From contig OZ024740.1 in NCBI GenBank assembly GCA_964016885.1, forward strand, positions 150,536,001-150,600,000: a DNA stretch of 64,000 nucleotides, read 5' to 3'. The notes under the pieces are model-generated. The model saw only the letters and a program-made list of their open reading frames with translations, did not search any database and had not been told where the DNA came from. This document shows positions 63,128-64,000 of the stretch, one piece after another (within the stretch, counting starts at the first letter, position 1; every line of letters begins with the position of its first letter). The translations under genes and the position numbers were made by a program. The DNA comes from Eledone cirrhosa. Lineage: Eukaryota.

Positions 63128-63785
63128 GGCAGTATGAGTAGAGCGTCGGACACTATGCTTCGTGGCATAGAGTTATGTCCCTTGACGTTCTGAATTCAAA
63201 TCCCGCTGATGTTAGCTTTCCTTTTCATCCTTACGGGGCTGATTGAATAAAGTACCAGTAATGCATTGTGGCGATTTAATTGACTTCCCCGCCCCCCAAA
63301 ATTGCTGGCCTTGTGCCTAAAGTAGAACCAATTATTATTATTATTATTAGTAGTAGTAAAGGGCGGTGGATTGGCAGTTTTGGTAGAGAGTCGGACGCTA
63401 TGCTTTGAAGCACAGAGTTACGTCCCTTTATGATCTGAGTTCAAATCCCGCCGAGGTTAACTTTGCCTTTCATCCTTACGGGGTCGATAAAATAAAGTAC
63501 CAGTAATGTACTGGGATAATTGCTGGCCTTGTGCCAAAAGTAGAAACAATTATTAGTAGTAGTAGGTGGATTGGTAGTATCGGTAGAGAGTCGGACACCA
63601 TGCTTTGAAGCATAGAGTTACGTCCCTTTATGATTTTAGTTCAAATCCCGTCGAGGTTAACTTTACCTTTCATCCTTACGGGGTCGATAAAATAAAGTAC
63701 CAGTCACGCACTGGGGTCGATTTAATCGACTTTCCCCTCCCCCAAAATTGCTAGCCTTGTGCCTATATAAGAAACCATTATTATT
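63128..63785 (+). mobile_element. Head-to-tail array of three dominant SINE copies
   Basis: About 63128-63335 (long), 63361-63553 (short) and 63565-63780 (long), separated by (ATT)n(AGT)n spacers. Confidence 0.9.
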
Positions 63786-64000
63786 AGTAGTAGTATTTGA
63801 TGTTGCGATAAATGAAAATGACGATAATGATGGAGATGATGATGATATTTAAACAGTATTTTAATATCAATGCTATTATCTCAACATGAGTAAACCACCG
63901 AGTTAACTAACTTCATCATCACTACTATCTATTCACCACTACCACCATCATTTCAACTATTACCATCGATAAACCACTATCCGTAACATCATCACCTGTA

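Noticed and set aside
63128-63785. Regularly spaced repeats as a CRISPR-like array
   Set aside because: Units are Pol III SINEs of about 190-220 bp with simple-repeat spacers in eukaryotic DNA; no cas genes.

Overview
AT-rich, microsatellite-dense animal DNA with no recognisable intact host gene; it is almost entirely transposable elements. The dominant tRNA-derived SINE resembles octopus OK/MetaSINE-type elements, so a cephalopod origin is likely (inference). The window holds three long Tx1-like (L1 superfamily) LINEs from visibly different families: A 1-4285 (dead), B 4526-10236 (uninterrupted 1144-aa APE-RT-CCHC ORF2) and C 50601-56658 (intact ORF1, two nonsense codons in ORF2), plus two Tx1 remnants. 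It also holds an R4/Dong-like RLE retrotransposon (32105-35497, minus), an RTE fragment, Penelope-like remnants with hammerhead-like motifs, a decayed mariner, nested hAT elements, MITEs and about 20 SINE copies. Three patterns stand out. (i) Each retroelement family abuts its own microsatellite and has no poly(A) tail: A/B (TATC)n, C and the SINE (ATT)n, R4-like (CATA)n, PLE-like pieces (TA)n. (ii) All three Tx1 families keep a consensus 5' splice donor, GGTAAGTG plus a pyrimidine tract, at the ORF1/ORF2 junction, and A and B end ORF2 on an acceptor-like CTGTAG|G, so ORF2 may be a removable intron. (iii) The SINE shares a 3' end with the Tx1 elements and an ATTATT target with family C. Boundaries of decayed elements are approximate.
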